A stretch of 64,000 bases of DNA from Woeseia sp. (GCA_021773015.1 JAJFKW010000001.1:1283305-1347304), one strand, 5' to 3'. Counted from the first letter of the stretch, positions 28,701 to 37,067 are shown. Notes: generated from the sequence alone by a model not told the origin. Numbers and translations are program-made.

Positions 28701-31018
28701 GCCCGTGAATTTCTTGCATCGAGCAACTGCTGTTTACGCGCTTCGAAGGCTTCATAAACCTCCTCACGCTTGGCAATTATGTCTGCAACAAATTTATCCT
28801 GTTCGCTGAATTGGCCTTCCATCTCCTCCAATTGAATAAGCAGGCGTGCTAGCAACTCCTCGCATCGTTCCGGTGAGTTTGCGACCCCTAAAGCATTTGT
28901 AACACTTTGCGAAAAAAGTTTAAATTGGGCACCGAATTGCTCAACCGATTCCGACGTACCAAGGCGTTCTTTTCGTTGCCGACCACGTGATCGCGTCTGA
29001 TTTAAATTTGAATAAACATCCGATATTGACTCCACTATTCTGGTCTGGATCGTCGCGTCATCAACATTTAATGTGGCGATTAGGTCCGAAAGCAAATCGA
29101 GACCTGCCGCAATGTTATCCAGTTTATCTAGCTCAGGCACTAGTTCAGCGACAGTTTGCCGTTGCTTTATTGAGGAATCATGAGACTCGATCTCCTCAAT
29201 ATAGGAGTCCAATGCATGTGTTCCCGCCAGAAACTCAGCGGCTTCTTTGCCTACTGAGTCGTTGAGAGCAAGTAGTTCGGAATCCATAGCCGCTATCCGA
29301 TCAACATCGATATACCTGTACTCTTTGATCGTCGCAAGATGGCCACGGTGACTTCGAATTTCGTTGAGCGCCTCAACGTATTGATCAATATTGCGCCAAT
29401 CGGTACTGTCTACCGTCGTCGATATTCGTTGTTGTTCGCCTTCCGCGTCTGTCATCGCCAAGGCCGATTGCCGTCGAATGCTCTCAACTTTTTCGAATTC
29501 ATCTACGATTAGCTCGACAGTTTCTCTAATTTCTCGGACAACTGTGCCGATAGCAGCCGCTTGACCTTCTCGAATCCAAAAATAATCGTCAAACAACTTT
29601 TCCGCAGCCTTCCGAAGAAATTCGTAGTGTTTTACCGATACGGATTCATCTTTGATAATTCTGCATAAGCTGAAGAAGTCGGACACGCCGCGAACGAGTT
29701 CGGCATTACCAATTCTTGAAAAAAACGACTGACCCGCGGGGATGGTATTGAAGAATTCCTCATCCCCGTACGGTGTAGTCCATATCTGCATGGGGTGAAT
29801 TCGCGCCGGTTCGTCGCCCGCAGTAAATACTATGACTGTTCCGTCGCGCGCGAGCGCGTAACCGTGACTGACTAATGGATTTTGCAGAGACTTTGAGATT
29901 ACGTTGTACGACAAGAGTGCGACGACACCCTTGGTTGGTTCATAGAACACGAAAAGAACGTCTTCACCGTTGGGTGAGCGCATCTTTCGCTTGAATTTCA
30001 AGCCGCGCGTATCTATGCCGAATGCCTTGTACTCGCCAGTTTCCAGATAAATTCCTTCGGGAAATATGATTCCGTGGTCCTCTGGAAGCTGAACACATGA
30101 ATCAGCAAGGGAGTCGATCTTTTGTATTTCTGATGTACGCGTGTTGTATACCAGATACCGCCAGCGGATTTCTTTGTAAGGTAATATTCTTACGAGAATT
30201 AGTGCTCCGACTCTCGCATACTCGAATTCAGCGTCGTCCAGTGACTGGGTTACGTCATCCACGGGCTCGCTATACACGCCGCGTCCAACTTCCGTATTGT
30301 CTTCAATTTTTACCGTTAGATCACCATTCGTCGTCTCGACAAACAATTCGTCGAGTATGTTGACGTGTGGGTGGCGGCCGTGTGAAATATCTTCACGTTT
30401 GGTCGGCATCCATTCGAATTCATAAGACTCGGGGAGCTCCAGATCTCGCTCGCCACGGTTATCAATGTAGGTAACGTCGTTATCGTTCGAAATATCCCAG
30501 CGAAAAACTCGCCGATCATCCAAGCGTTCGCCAATCTGGAATCCAGCTAGAAGTCTTCCGCCCTTTTGCACTAGCTGCACGAGGCGAGTTTCTTTGTAGT
30601 ATCGGTAAAGTTCGCCGAAATCTTCCCGAAATTGGGCATCCGATAGAAAGCTCCCGCCTATGGAGACTTGCTCCATCGTATGCTTATCACCGTCAACAAT
30701 CAGCTTGTACAACGAGAACACATCTTCCACTTGAGTAGATTTTTTCAATCCAATGAAAACGTTGTATCCGAATAGCAGCAATTCGCCGATCTGGACTATG
30801 TCTCGCCCAACGCAATTGTTCTCTGTTCTCACTCGTGTTCGAGCGACTACTGTCATTTCTGTTGCACCGAATTCTTCAGCGCGAGCAGAATTCAAAGAGA
30901 TCGCTTGCTTTTCCAGCGAATCGCCATGTTCGATCAGGCGATTACGAATAATTTCGTAGGCACCGCCGTCGGCGACCGCCTTATCCACGAGTTCAGTAGT
31001 TCGACTCTCGTTTGCCAT
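25766..31018 (-). CDS. giant (1750 aa) AAA+ ATPase: beta-rich N-terminal region, long helical/coiled-coil middle, AAA+ core near residue 1300. It resembles large proteins annotated as 'DNA repair ATPase' (DUF3686-like).
   Basis: Walker A ISPPGYGKTT at 27104-27121, Walker B VMLYLDDIQ, sensor-1 VVMAGN. It begins 64 nt downstream of the flotillin stop. Confidence 0.85.
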   Translation of the reverse strand: MANESRTTELVDKAVADGGAYEIIRNRLIEHGDSLEKQAISLNSARAEEFGATEMTVVARTRVRTENNCVGRDIVQIGELLLFGYNVFIGLKKSTQVEDVFSLYKLIVDGDKHTMEQVSIGGSFLSDAQFREDFGELYRYYKETRLVQLVQKGGRLLAGFQIGERLDDRRVFRWDISNDNDVTYIDNRGERDLELPESYEFEWMPTKREDISHGRHPHVNILDELFVETTNGDLTVKIEDNTEVGRGVYSEPVDDVTQSLDDAEFEYARVGALILVRILPYKEIRWRYLVYNTRTSEIQKIDSLADSCVQLPEDHGIIFPEGIYLETGEYKAFGIDTRGLKFKRKMRSPNGEDVLFVFYEPTKGVVALLSYNVISKSLQNPLVSHGYALARDGTVIVFTAGDEPARIHPMQIWTTPYGDEEFFNTIPAGQSFFSRIGNAELVRGVSDFFSLCRIIKDESVSVKHYEFLRKAAEKLFDDYFWIREGQAAAIGTVVREIRETVELIVDEFEKVESIRRQSALAMTDAEGEQQRISTTVDSTDWRNIDQYVEALNEIRSHRGHLATIKEYRYIDVDRIAAMDSELLALNDSVGKEAAEFLAGTHALDSYIEEIESHDSSIKQRQTVAELVPELDKLDNIAAGLDLLSDLIATLNVDDATIQTRIVESISDVYSNLNQTRSRGRQRKERLGTSESVEQFGAQFKLFSQSVTNALGVANSPERCEELLARLLIQLEEMEGQFSEQDKFVADIIAKREEVYEAFEARKQQLLDARNSRAQTLADAAGRMLENIERRTRRFESDDELNTYLASDALVIKVRDIVEQLRELDSSVKADDVDSRLKMIRNQALRSLRDKTDLFSDGGKVIKLGSAHKFSVNTQDLDLTIIPRDDGLALHLVGTQYFENIDHPELNDLRKYWTLGLESETTTVYRGEYLAYRLLDDIRSGSLETDWNKLTSLAENSEALGKLVQNFAAPRYREGYEKGIHDADACTILRCIVPAINKSDLLRFDPLCRGYAQLIWANLVETSSSEGAENSLQSLPERAISAGQMNEKFSDPRAIELIEAEISNHVNNFAALHHLEIDDSTIRRCSIYLAAELRRVPCKFAQSKHAKSALDLLRKSLKADLFKQVQGTLDSLRTRPKEQWRVANAWLCAALDAAGESELLHYAPEAAAILIVGKRLQRRMINADVEFSVKNLFGQHSIIANGELPVTLDKYLLKMDDHCNSVIPKFHRYQKLRRDAANAARADLRLEEFKPKPLSSFVRNRLINDAYLPIIGDNLAKQIGTVSKSKRSDLQGLLMMISPPGYGKTTLMEYVASRLGLTFMKINCPSLGHDVTSLDPEMAPNATARQELHKLNLAFEMGDNVMLYLDDIQHTNAEFLQKFISLCDSTRRVDGVWKGRTRTYDLRGRKFCVVMAGNPYTESGEVFKIPDMLANRADIYNLGDVLSGKERQFELSYIENSLTSNAVLAPLAMRDMDDIYKLIERARGGNVATTDLKHQYSGAEVSEIVRVFKRLFVLQDVVLKVNKQYIASAAQDDKYRTEPRFLLQGSYRNMNKLAEKVSSAMNDVELQQMIGDHYRGEAQLLTQGTEANLLKLSELLASQDEADVERWEQIKKGYLRNKLMGGDDTDAGLRIAAQIGDLVQGISALGAALEPAGPLSKQHTEYVQTADKIKKSLDALGSAVKSHKSSVSITNRPSKEFAQVLGTLNETIEHTLFPLVRSMDKRIALDVAAHEKLKGLAEDVSELKKHVDQSD

Positions 31019-31082
31019 TGACAGATCCTTTCATAGCGTGGCGTCGGAAATGGGGCGACTGTGAGTCGCTCCCAGAAACAAC

Positions 31083-32918
31083 TTACGATTTACCAGCAGG
31101 TCCTGAAACGTCTGCTGTTTCCGATCCCATGCTGGCAACTTTCGCCAACAGCGCTTGGATCACTCCGCTCTTTTCCGCAAGACCGTCAACAGCCTTGCCA
31201 ATCGACAGTGACTTCGCGAAATTGTCGAAGAAATGCTCCTCGCCTCCGACGATGTCGATGTGCGCCTTTTCAAGAGCAATTGCCAGAATTTCGGCATTTT
31301 CTTTCGCAATCTCTTTGCCGGCATCCATAGACGCTAACGCTTCTTTAAACGCTGTTTCCAGCCCCATACGATATTCTTCATGGGCTCTCGTTTCACCCGT
31401 CATTCCAGCCATTGCCGCAAACTTATCCGTCAATCCTTCGGCCTCCGCCTGGAATTGCGCTTTTGTGACGTTGGCGTTCGCCATACCCACCTCAGTCTTC
31501 GCAGAAGCTTCCGCTGCACCCTTTGCTCTGACGATGTCAGCCTCGGCCAGTCCAGATGCGGCGTCCTCCGCCTGCACGCCCTCGGCAAGCACCTTCTTGG
31601 CGTCAGAGTCTTTTCCTGATGCAATGAGTCTTGCTTCCGCAAGCGTCGTAATTTCGGCTGCCTTGTGAGTTGCCGCAATTTCTTGGGCTTTCGCGGCGGT
31701 TGTTTCTTTGACCTTCTCTTCTTCAGCCTGCGCCTGAGCGGCTAAGACCTGAACCTGTTTCAAGCGATCCGCCTCCGAAACTTCGCGAACCTCCTTAATC
31801 CTTTCCTCTTCGACCGCCACTGTTTTGTCGACGGCAACACGCTCTCTAATGACGTTTGCAATTTCCTTTTTCTCAACCTCGACTGCTTTTTCAGCAAGCA
31901 CGGTTTCTACACTGACCTCACGCTCTCTAGAAACGACTTCTAGATCGCGTGCTCGCACCACTTTCTCTTCCTCGATTGCAACAGCACGTTGTCGATTTTG
32001 ATCGGCGACTTCGATTTCGCGTTTCTGATTTTCAGTTTGAACGAGCAGATCTTGCTCTACTTGTATATGTGTTGATTCGGCCTTGCGCCTCTCCTCCTCC
32101 TGTATTTTTCGCGTCTCCGCTTCTTCCCGCGCTTGGACGGACAGAATTTCCCTCTGCTGCTTGGCTTCCGCGTCTGCCTGTTGGCGTTCCAGCTCCAACA
32201 TAGCTTCAACCGTGCTGACATCTTTTTTCTTGATAGCCAATTGTTCGTCACGTTCAAGTTCGTTTGTCCGAACATTCTGTGTCGCGGTCAATTCAGTTAT
32301 TTTCTTGATGCCCTCAGCATCAAGAATATTTGTTGGGTCAAGCGCCGCCTTAGGAGTCTGCTCAAGGTAGTCGATCGCGACATCTTCTAGTACGTAACCG
32401 TTTAGATCATCGCCTATGACCTCAATAATTTTCTCTCTGAAGTCCTGCCTATTCTCAAATAGACTGACAAAATCGACTTGCTTGCCAACCGTTTTTAGTG
32501 CCTCAGAGAACTTCGCCGAGAACAATTGGTCGACGGCGGCCTGATCTGATGCACGATATGCGCCGATGGACTTGGCTACTTTCAATACATCTTCTGCCGT
32601 TTCATTTACACGCAAGTAAAATGCCACGGAAATATCAGCCCGCATGTTGTCTTGACAAATTAGGCCATCGCTACCACGTCTATCAACTTCTAGCGTAATT
32701 AGCGATATTTTCATTAGCTCTTTTTTGTAGATTATTGGATAGACCAGCGCTCCAGTGAAGTGAACTTTTGGCCTAGCACTCATATCGTTTACGATTAGCG
32801 CCGTGCCTTGTTCAACTTTGTAATAAAACGCCTTAAACATTCCAGCGAGGCCCAATAACACAAGGACCACCACGCCTGCCCATGTGAGAATAGGCATCAA
32901 TACGGTCAGGTCTGCCAT
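31083..32918 (-). CDS. yqiK: flotillin-family protein (SPFH/Band-7 domain, YqiK-like) with a long charged coiled-coil
   Basis: N-terminal TM helix followed by an SPFH domain. Its E/R/K-rich coiled-coil is typical of YqiK. Start at ATG 32918 (MADLTVLMPIL) with a GGAG RBS; the ORF extends to a TTG at 32978. Confidence 0.8.
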   Translation of the reverse strand: MADLTVLMPILTWAGVVVLVLLGLAGMFKAFYYKVEQGTALIVNDMSARPKVHFTGALVYPIIYKKELMKISLITLEVDRRGSDGLICQDNMRADISVAFYLRVNETAEDVLKVAKSIGAYRASDQAAVDQLFSAKFSEALKTVGKQVDFVSLFENRQDFREKIIEVIGDDLNGYVLEDVAIDYLEQTPKAALDPTNILDAEGIKKITELTATQNVRTNELERDEQLAIKKKDVSTVEAMLELERQQADAEAKQQREILSVQAREEAETRKIQEEERRKAESTHIQVEQDLLVQTENQKREIEVADQNRQRAVAIEEEKVVRARDLEVVSREREVSVETVLAEKAVEVEKKEIANVIRERVAVDKTVAVEEERIKEVREVSEADRLKQVQVLAAQAQAEEEKVKETTAAKAQEIAATHKAAEITTLAEARLIASGKDSDAKKVLAEGVQAEDAASGLAEADIVRAKGAAEASAKTEVGMANANVTKAQFQAEAEGLTDKFAAMAGMTGETRAHEEYRMGLETAFKEALASMDAGKEIAKENAEILAIALEKAHIDIVGGEEHFFDNFAKSLSIGKAVDGLAEKSGVIQALLAKVASMGSETADVSGPAGKS

Positions 32919-32964
32919 ATCACTAGCTCCAGTTGTTGATTTTTGTTTTGTTTGTTGGAGCAGA

Positions 32965-33645
32965 TCACTCGCCAACAAACTCTTCTTCTGAAATCACTCG
33001 ATAAATATTTTCGCTATTTAGTTTTTCGAATATCACGACCCTGTCGCCACGTTCAAAACGATCATCCCCACTGGCTCTGACCTTCAGGATCAGGCCAGCG
33101 CCACCATCATTGAGCGTCGCCTCTCCAAATTCGCGGTCAACTCTGGAGGTTCTAACGATTGCCGTTTGACCCAGCACCTGCTTGATAGTTTCTTGGGTCG
33201 CTTTCTCAAATAATGGGCGAAGCGGTTTAATGAATACACTCGTGATTTTCGCCGCAACGTATAGGGTGACCGCTAGGACAGGCAATCCAGCAACATAGCG
33301 CAACAATCCGTCGGGTATTGCCCAGAACAACAAAAACACGGTGTAGTAACAAAGCATCCAGCCAGTCAATACCAAGATCGAAAGCGACACCGTGACCGGT
33401 ACACCAACCAATCCTAATCGCAACAAGAGTCCTGCAAGCACTTCCGGCGTCGTGTGCGACGACTCGCCGCCGACGTCCACGCTATCGAAATCAAAATCTA
33501 GGATATCCAGGTCAACCAAACCGAGCACCGCCCCAGCCCAGAACAGGACACAGATTAATAAAAGCACCGTGTAAAAGGCCGTGGGGAATGACCCAATATT
33601 CTGGTAAAACGGATTCATCTCATCACTTAAGAATATGGCGAACAT
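32965..33645 (-). CDS. yqiJ: NfeD-like inner membrane protein (YqiJ-like: N-terminal TM helices plus C-terminal OB-fold beta domain)
   Basis: 226 aa. Hydrophobic N-terminal two-thirds, then a C-terminal beta-rich region (TAIVRTSRVDREFGEATLNDGG...VVIFEK). It sits immediately upstream of flotillin, like the E. coli yqiJK pair. Confidence 0.7.
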   Translation of the reverse strand: MFAIFLSDEMNPFYQNIGSFPTAFYTVLLLICVLFWAGAVLGLVDLDILDFDFDSVDVGGESSHTTPEVLAGLLLRLGLVGVPVTVSLSILVLTGWMLCYYTVFLLFWAIPDGLLRYVAGLPVLAVTLYVAAKITSVFIKPLRPLFEKATQETIKQVLGQTAIVRTSRVDREFGEATLNDGGAGLILKVRASGDDRFERGDRVVIFEKLNSENIYRVISEEEFVGE

Positions 33646-33666
33646 TGGGCTCTCCCTACAATAAGA

Positions 33667-34362
33667 CTATGCTTTTGACTGCCGATTTTTTAGTCGTTCA
33701 AGTACTTCTTCTGCACTCTTGCTTTTTACCTTTATGCCAGCGTCTTCCAAGCGACTATCGAGCGATTTGTCATCTGTTTCGTCCGCTAATTCGCGCGCCG
33801 CATTCATTTCGGCTGAACGCAATGCCTGACGTTCTTTGATGCGGTCCAGAGAGTCCATTGCAGTCCTCAGTTTCGTATTCGAACCGCTATGACGTTCTGA
33901 AACCGCGGCCTGCGCACGTTGGACATTGTCGGTGGCTTTTACGGTATCGATTTGCTGTTTCATCCGCTGTATATCCCGCTCGGCTGCTTTGATTGCAGAT
34001 CGCAGCTGCTCAGCACTTGTGGCATAGCCCGCACCAGCTTCTTCTTCTGTTTTGACTTGGTTTTCCAGATTAGCGATTTTCGCTGCAACCTCATGTGCCA
34101 AGTCCATATCGTCTTTATCGAGCGCCTTGAGCGCATAGCCTTCATTATCCGCAATTTTCGTTCGGACGTTGGCTGATTTCTCTTCCGACAACTTTTGCCT
34201 CGCGATGATGGCTGCCAGACTATCTTTGGACTGTCTCAACTCGTCAGATGAGTCTCTTATTTCCTGATCGAGTATTCGCAGAGCTTGGCTATCGACGATC
34301 GCCTCACCAGCTTCGTTTGCACCCCCTCTTAATGCGGTAATCATTTTGGCCCAGACGTTCAT
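33667..34362 (-). CDS. yjfJ: PspA/IM30-family protein, YjfJ-type paralogue
   Basis: 231 aa. Aligns along its length with E. coli YjfJ (LDQEIRDSSDEL, TVKATDNVQRAQAAV, LDSRLEDAGIKVKSKSAEEVLERL). Strong RBS GAGAGGAGA upstream. Confidence 0.85.
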   Translation of the reverse strand: MNVWAKMITALRGGANEAGEAIVDSQALRILDQEIRDSSDELRQSKDSLAAIIARQKLSEEKSANVRTKIADNEGYALKALDKDDMDLAHEVAAKIANLENQVKTEEEAGAGYATSAEQLRSAIKAAERDIQRMKQQIDTVKATDNVQRAQAAVSERHSGSNTKLRTAMDSLDRIKERQALRSAEMNAARELADETDDKSLDSRLEDAGIKVKSKSAEEVLERLKNRQSKA

Positions 34363-34375
34363 TGTATTTCTCCTC

Positions 34376-34993
34376 TCAATTGTCCGTTACGGACATCAAT
34401 AAATCTGCATATGCTTCAGTTGCATTGATCACATTGCTTCCAAGTACTTCTATCTCGTAGACAATATCGCCGAGATCGGACGCCGAGCTCAGTGAGCCGA
34501 ACATAAAGTAGTAGTCGTCATCGGCGCGCTGGCCAAGGCAAATGGTCGACAATGGGAAATATTTATGGGTACGCAACACCGATTCATTGAATTCTCTTTC
34601 ATCACGTACTTCTGAAACTGGCCACAATACTGCCTCGACGATAATTTGCTCCCCAGCGACCGTTAGAAATATTGGTAAATCGCCATATTCGTGCATCACG
34701 ACGTGTAGGGTGGGATCCAAGCCGTCAATCAGTTCCACGCTTGCGTGCTTATCACGTACCAAGGCTGTTTCGACGAGATCGTCGTATAACGCACCAGTTC
34801 GCCAAAGCGGGCGATGAGAATGTCTTTCACCGTTTTCTTCTAAGGCACGCGCCCCCACGCGCAGGTCTTTTTCCAGTGCGCGCGCCTTATCTGAGTTTTC
34901 TGGGCGAATCCAAATTTCCTTTTTGATTAGGCCCTGGTCTCGCAAACGTCGCCGGTATTCGCGTTGGTAATGTGCTGATGTTTTCACGTTCAT
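34376..34993 (-). CDS. first gene of the operon; tentatively YjfI/DUF2170-like with a basic N-terminal extension
   Basis: 205 aa. Assigned from its position upstream of the yjfJ-like gene; N-terminus MNVKTSAHYQREYRRRLRDQGLIKKEIWIRP is basic. The family call is tentative. Confidence 0.6.
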   Translation of the reverse strand: MNVKTSAHYQREYRRRLRDQGLIKKEIWIRPENSDKARALEKDLRVGARALEENGERHSHRPLWRTGALYDDLVETALVRDKHASVELIDGLDPTLHVVMHEYGDLPIFLTVAGEQIIVEAVLWPVSEVRDEREFNESVLRTHKYFPLSTICLGQRADDDYYFMFGSLSSASDLGDIVYEIEVLGSNVINATEAYADLLMSVTDN

Positions 34994-35008
34994 GGCAACA
35001 CTTTACAC

Positions 35009-35044
35009 TGTTACATGTAATTACGCAAATTATTACATGTAACA
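35009..35044. promoter_or_regulatory. candidate operator: two copies of the perfect 10-bp palindrome TTACATGTAA separated by 12 bp, lying 16-51 bp upstream of the 34993 start codon
   Basis: Read directly: TGTTACATGTAA-TTACGCAAATTA-TTACATGTAACA, a 12-bp perfect inverted repeat overall. Confidence 0.5.
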
Positions 35045-35160
35045 ATCGTAAATGACTTTAAATCAATAGGTTATGTCAAGCGTCTCAGACGCTAAGCTTT
35101 GTAATCGAAGATCTAATTTGGGCCGCTGGATGCGCGAATCGGCAAATTGCCGCAATCGGT

Positions 35161-36408
35161 CTATAAACTCAAGACAGCGTCTCTCCCAGTGAAATAAGCG
35201 CCGTGGACAGTCGCGTAGTGCTCGATCGACCCCGCCTCTCCGGCGAAATAGACCCTATTCTCCAACGATTCGCCATAAGCCTGGCGTACGCTCACAGAGC
35301 CAGGCACAGCAGCACTATAGGCACCCTTAGTCCATTGATCGCCGCTCCAGGCACTGACAATGTGTTTACGCACTTTTATTGAAGTGCGACTTCCGAAGAC
35401 TTTTTGCAAACGATTTTCAACGTAATCTAGATTCGCCCGCTCACCTGCTTTTTCCATCCATGCAGCAAGCCTACCACCAGCAACAATTTCGATGTAATCG
35501 TGACCACACGGACGATTGCGAAAATGCAGTGGGTCTTCACCTGTGGCGCGAACTGTAAAGTCGGCCGGCAAATTCGCTAGACTGTGGCTATTCAGTGCAA
35601 GGCAAATTCTACTGCAATCACCCATCGGTAAAGCTGTAATCGCAGCCCGTTTCCGGTCTGGCAATCCAGGCACAAACTCGATCTCGTTGGTCGACAATAC
35701 GCCTGTAGAGACAGTCAAAATTACCCTGCGCGCGGCGACCGGTCCACGCGGAGTTTGTAATTTCACAGTCGAACCAGACCAATCAATTGTCGACACCGGA
35801 CAGTTCAATCGAATCGGCAGTTCCGAGCCATAATGCGCGATTAGCGCTCCAAAGCCGTCCGTTACTGCATGGTCGTTTCCTTGTCGGATATATGACATTG
35901 CGTCCTTCACCGACACGCAATCGACATCGTGCGTGTAATCCTGAGCAAAAAACATGAAAAAGTATGGTGCCCACCGACTATCGCTTTCCACAACATCGAA
36001 AACCGACAACGCATCGTCGCCATTTGCCGCGGCTTCCGCTAAGGCTGAATATTGCCGCTCAAAATACTCGTCACATTCAGCAGCAGCGGCTGCTGGTAGC
36101 CAAACACCATCCTCAAAATAGTCTGCTCGCTTAAGGAAATCTTCACGCTCTTCTGACAGCGCTATGTTTGCCTTTTGTGCATAACGAAAAAACGGATTGA
36201 TACCTGGCGAGTGAATCCAATGTGCACCTAAATCAAATGGAACGCCTGGCGCCAAATATTCGGTGTAAGCGCGGCCGCCTATGCGATGCGACGCTTCCAA
36301 GACGACAAAGTTGCGACATTCTCTCGTGAGATATTTTGCGGCGGCCAGACCCGCAACACCTGCCCCAACGATTGCAATATCGAAATCATAATGACAATTA
36401 CCCATTTC
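35161..36408 (-). CDS. FAD-dependent amine oxidase family oxidoreductase
   Basis: Dinucleotide-binding motif DIAIVGAGVAGLAAA...LEASHRIGGR. Start at ATG 36408; the ORF extends to 36423. Confidence 0.75.
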   Translation of the reverse strand, partial: EMGNCHYDFDIAIVGAGVAGLAAAKYLTRECRNFVVLEASHRIGGRAYTEYLAPGVPFDLGAHWIHSPGINPFFRYAQKANIALSEEREDFLKRADYFEDGVWLPAAAAAECDEYFERQYSALAEAAANGDDALSVFDVVESDSRWAPYFFMFFAQDYTHDVDCVSVKDAMSYIRQGNDHAVTDGFGALIAHYGSELPIRLNCPVSTIDWSGSTVKLQTPRGPVAARRVILTVSTGVLSTNEIEFVPGLPDRKRAAITALPMGDCSRICLALNSHSLANLPADFTVRATGEDPLHFRNRPCGHDYIEIVAGGRLAAWMEKAGERANLDYVENRLQKVFGSRTSIKVRKHIVSAWSGDQWTKGAYSAAVPGSVSVRQAYGESLENRVYFAGEAGSIEHYATVHGAYFTGRDAVLSL

Positions 36409-36552
36409 CCAAGAATAACTCACAAGACAAGCGGAGAATTGAATCTAGGCGATTCTCGGTCTTATGTACCGATCTCATGTCAAAACACTCACGCGTTTTG
36501 TCGAGCGCCGCTCATTGAGCGACGGGGTTCGAATGCTTATCGAATCAGGAAT

Positions 36553-36585
36553 AAAAAAAGACCCCACGTAGGAGGTCTTTCTTGA
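36553..36585 (-). terminator. rho-independent terminator after the tRNA-Arg gene
   Basis: The minus strand reads AAGACCTCCTACGTGGGGTCTTTTTTTAT. Confidence 0.6.
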
Positions 36586-36588
36586 AAA

Positions 36589-36665
36589 TGGCGCGCTGGG
36601 AGGGATTCGAACCCCCGACCGCCGGTTTCGTAGACCGGAACTCTATCCAGCTGAGCTACCAGCGC
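36589..36665 (-). tRNA. argV: tRNA-Arg (anticodon ACG)
   Basis: The 77-nt minus-strand sequence GCGCTGGTAGCTCAGCTGGATAGAGT...CTACGAA...GGTTCGAATCC...CCA folds as a cloverleaf and is near-identical in its arms to E. coli tRNA-Arg(ACG). Confidence 0.9.
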
Positions 36666-36681
36666 GTTGTTAAGCTTTTTG

Positions 36682-36772
36682 TGGCGGAGAGAGAGGGATT
36701 CGAACCCTCGAAGGGCTATTAACCCTTACTCCCTTAGCAGGGGAGCGCTTTCGACCACTCAGCCATCTCTCC
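36682..36772 (-). tRNA. serV: tRNA-Ser (anticodon GCT), long variable arm
   Basis: The 91-nt sequence GGAGAGATGGCTGAGTGGTCGAAAGCGCTCCCCTGCTAAGGGAG...GGTTCGAATCCCTCTCTCTCCGCCA. Anticodon loop is CTGCTAA. Confidence 0.9.
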
Positions 36773-36790
36773 ACAAACATAAATGCTTTC

Positions 36791-36815
36791 CCACAGCCGG
36801 CCTGCAGCTGTGGGA
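36791..36815 (-). terminator. hairpin (8-bp stem CCCACAGC/GCTGTGGG) between csrA and tRNA-Ser; possible csrA terminator or processing signal
   Basis: Inverted repeat read directly. The downstream T-run is weak. Confidence 0.3.
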
Positions 36816-36866
36816 CGTGCATATTACTGATGGAATTTCCTGAGGTAAAGCTGAAAAACGGCGTCA

Positions 36867-37067
36867 TCAGCCTCCGGCTGCTACGTCTTTGTCTTTCGCG
36901 CTTTTTTCGCTCTGAATCCGCTCGTATATCTCTTCCCGGTGGACAGCTACGTCCTTAGGGGCATTGATACCGATACGAACCTGGTTCCCTTTGACGCCCA
37001 AAACCGTGATCGTGACATCGCTCCCGATCATGACGGTTTCCCCGGCGCGTCGCGTAAGGATCAGCAT
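36867..37067 (-). CDS. csrA: carbon storage regulator CsrA
   Basis: [48 protein letters not shown] is near-identical to CsrA. Confidence 0.95.
   Translation of the reverse strand: MLILTRRAGETVMIGSDVTITVLGVKGNQVRIGINAPKDVAVHREEIYERIQSEKSAKDKDVAAGG

Noticed and set aside
25821-30959. Numerous plus-strand ORFs of 60-133 aa inside the giant ATPase gene (for example 26943..27344, 27673..28035)
   Set aside because: They are antisense to a long gene with clear protein-family signal. Their compositions are Arg/Ser/Cys-rich and they have no RBS or motifs. They are frame artefacts.
31012-31668. 218-aa plus-strand ORF rich in Ala/Ser
   Set aside because: It is antisense to the flotillin gene's charged coiled-coil region. 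The low-complexity translation is a mirror-frame artefact of the repetitive E/A/K codons.
36424-36866. Looked for an integrase or genomic island adjacent to the tRNA-Ser/tRNA-Arg genes
   Set aside because: The flanking genes are csrA/alaS and an amine oxidase. The csrA-serV-argV arrangement is the conserved E. coli-like order. There are no direct repeats of a tRNA 3' end and no integrase.
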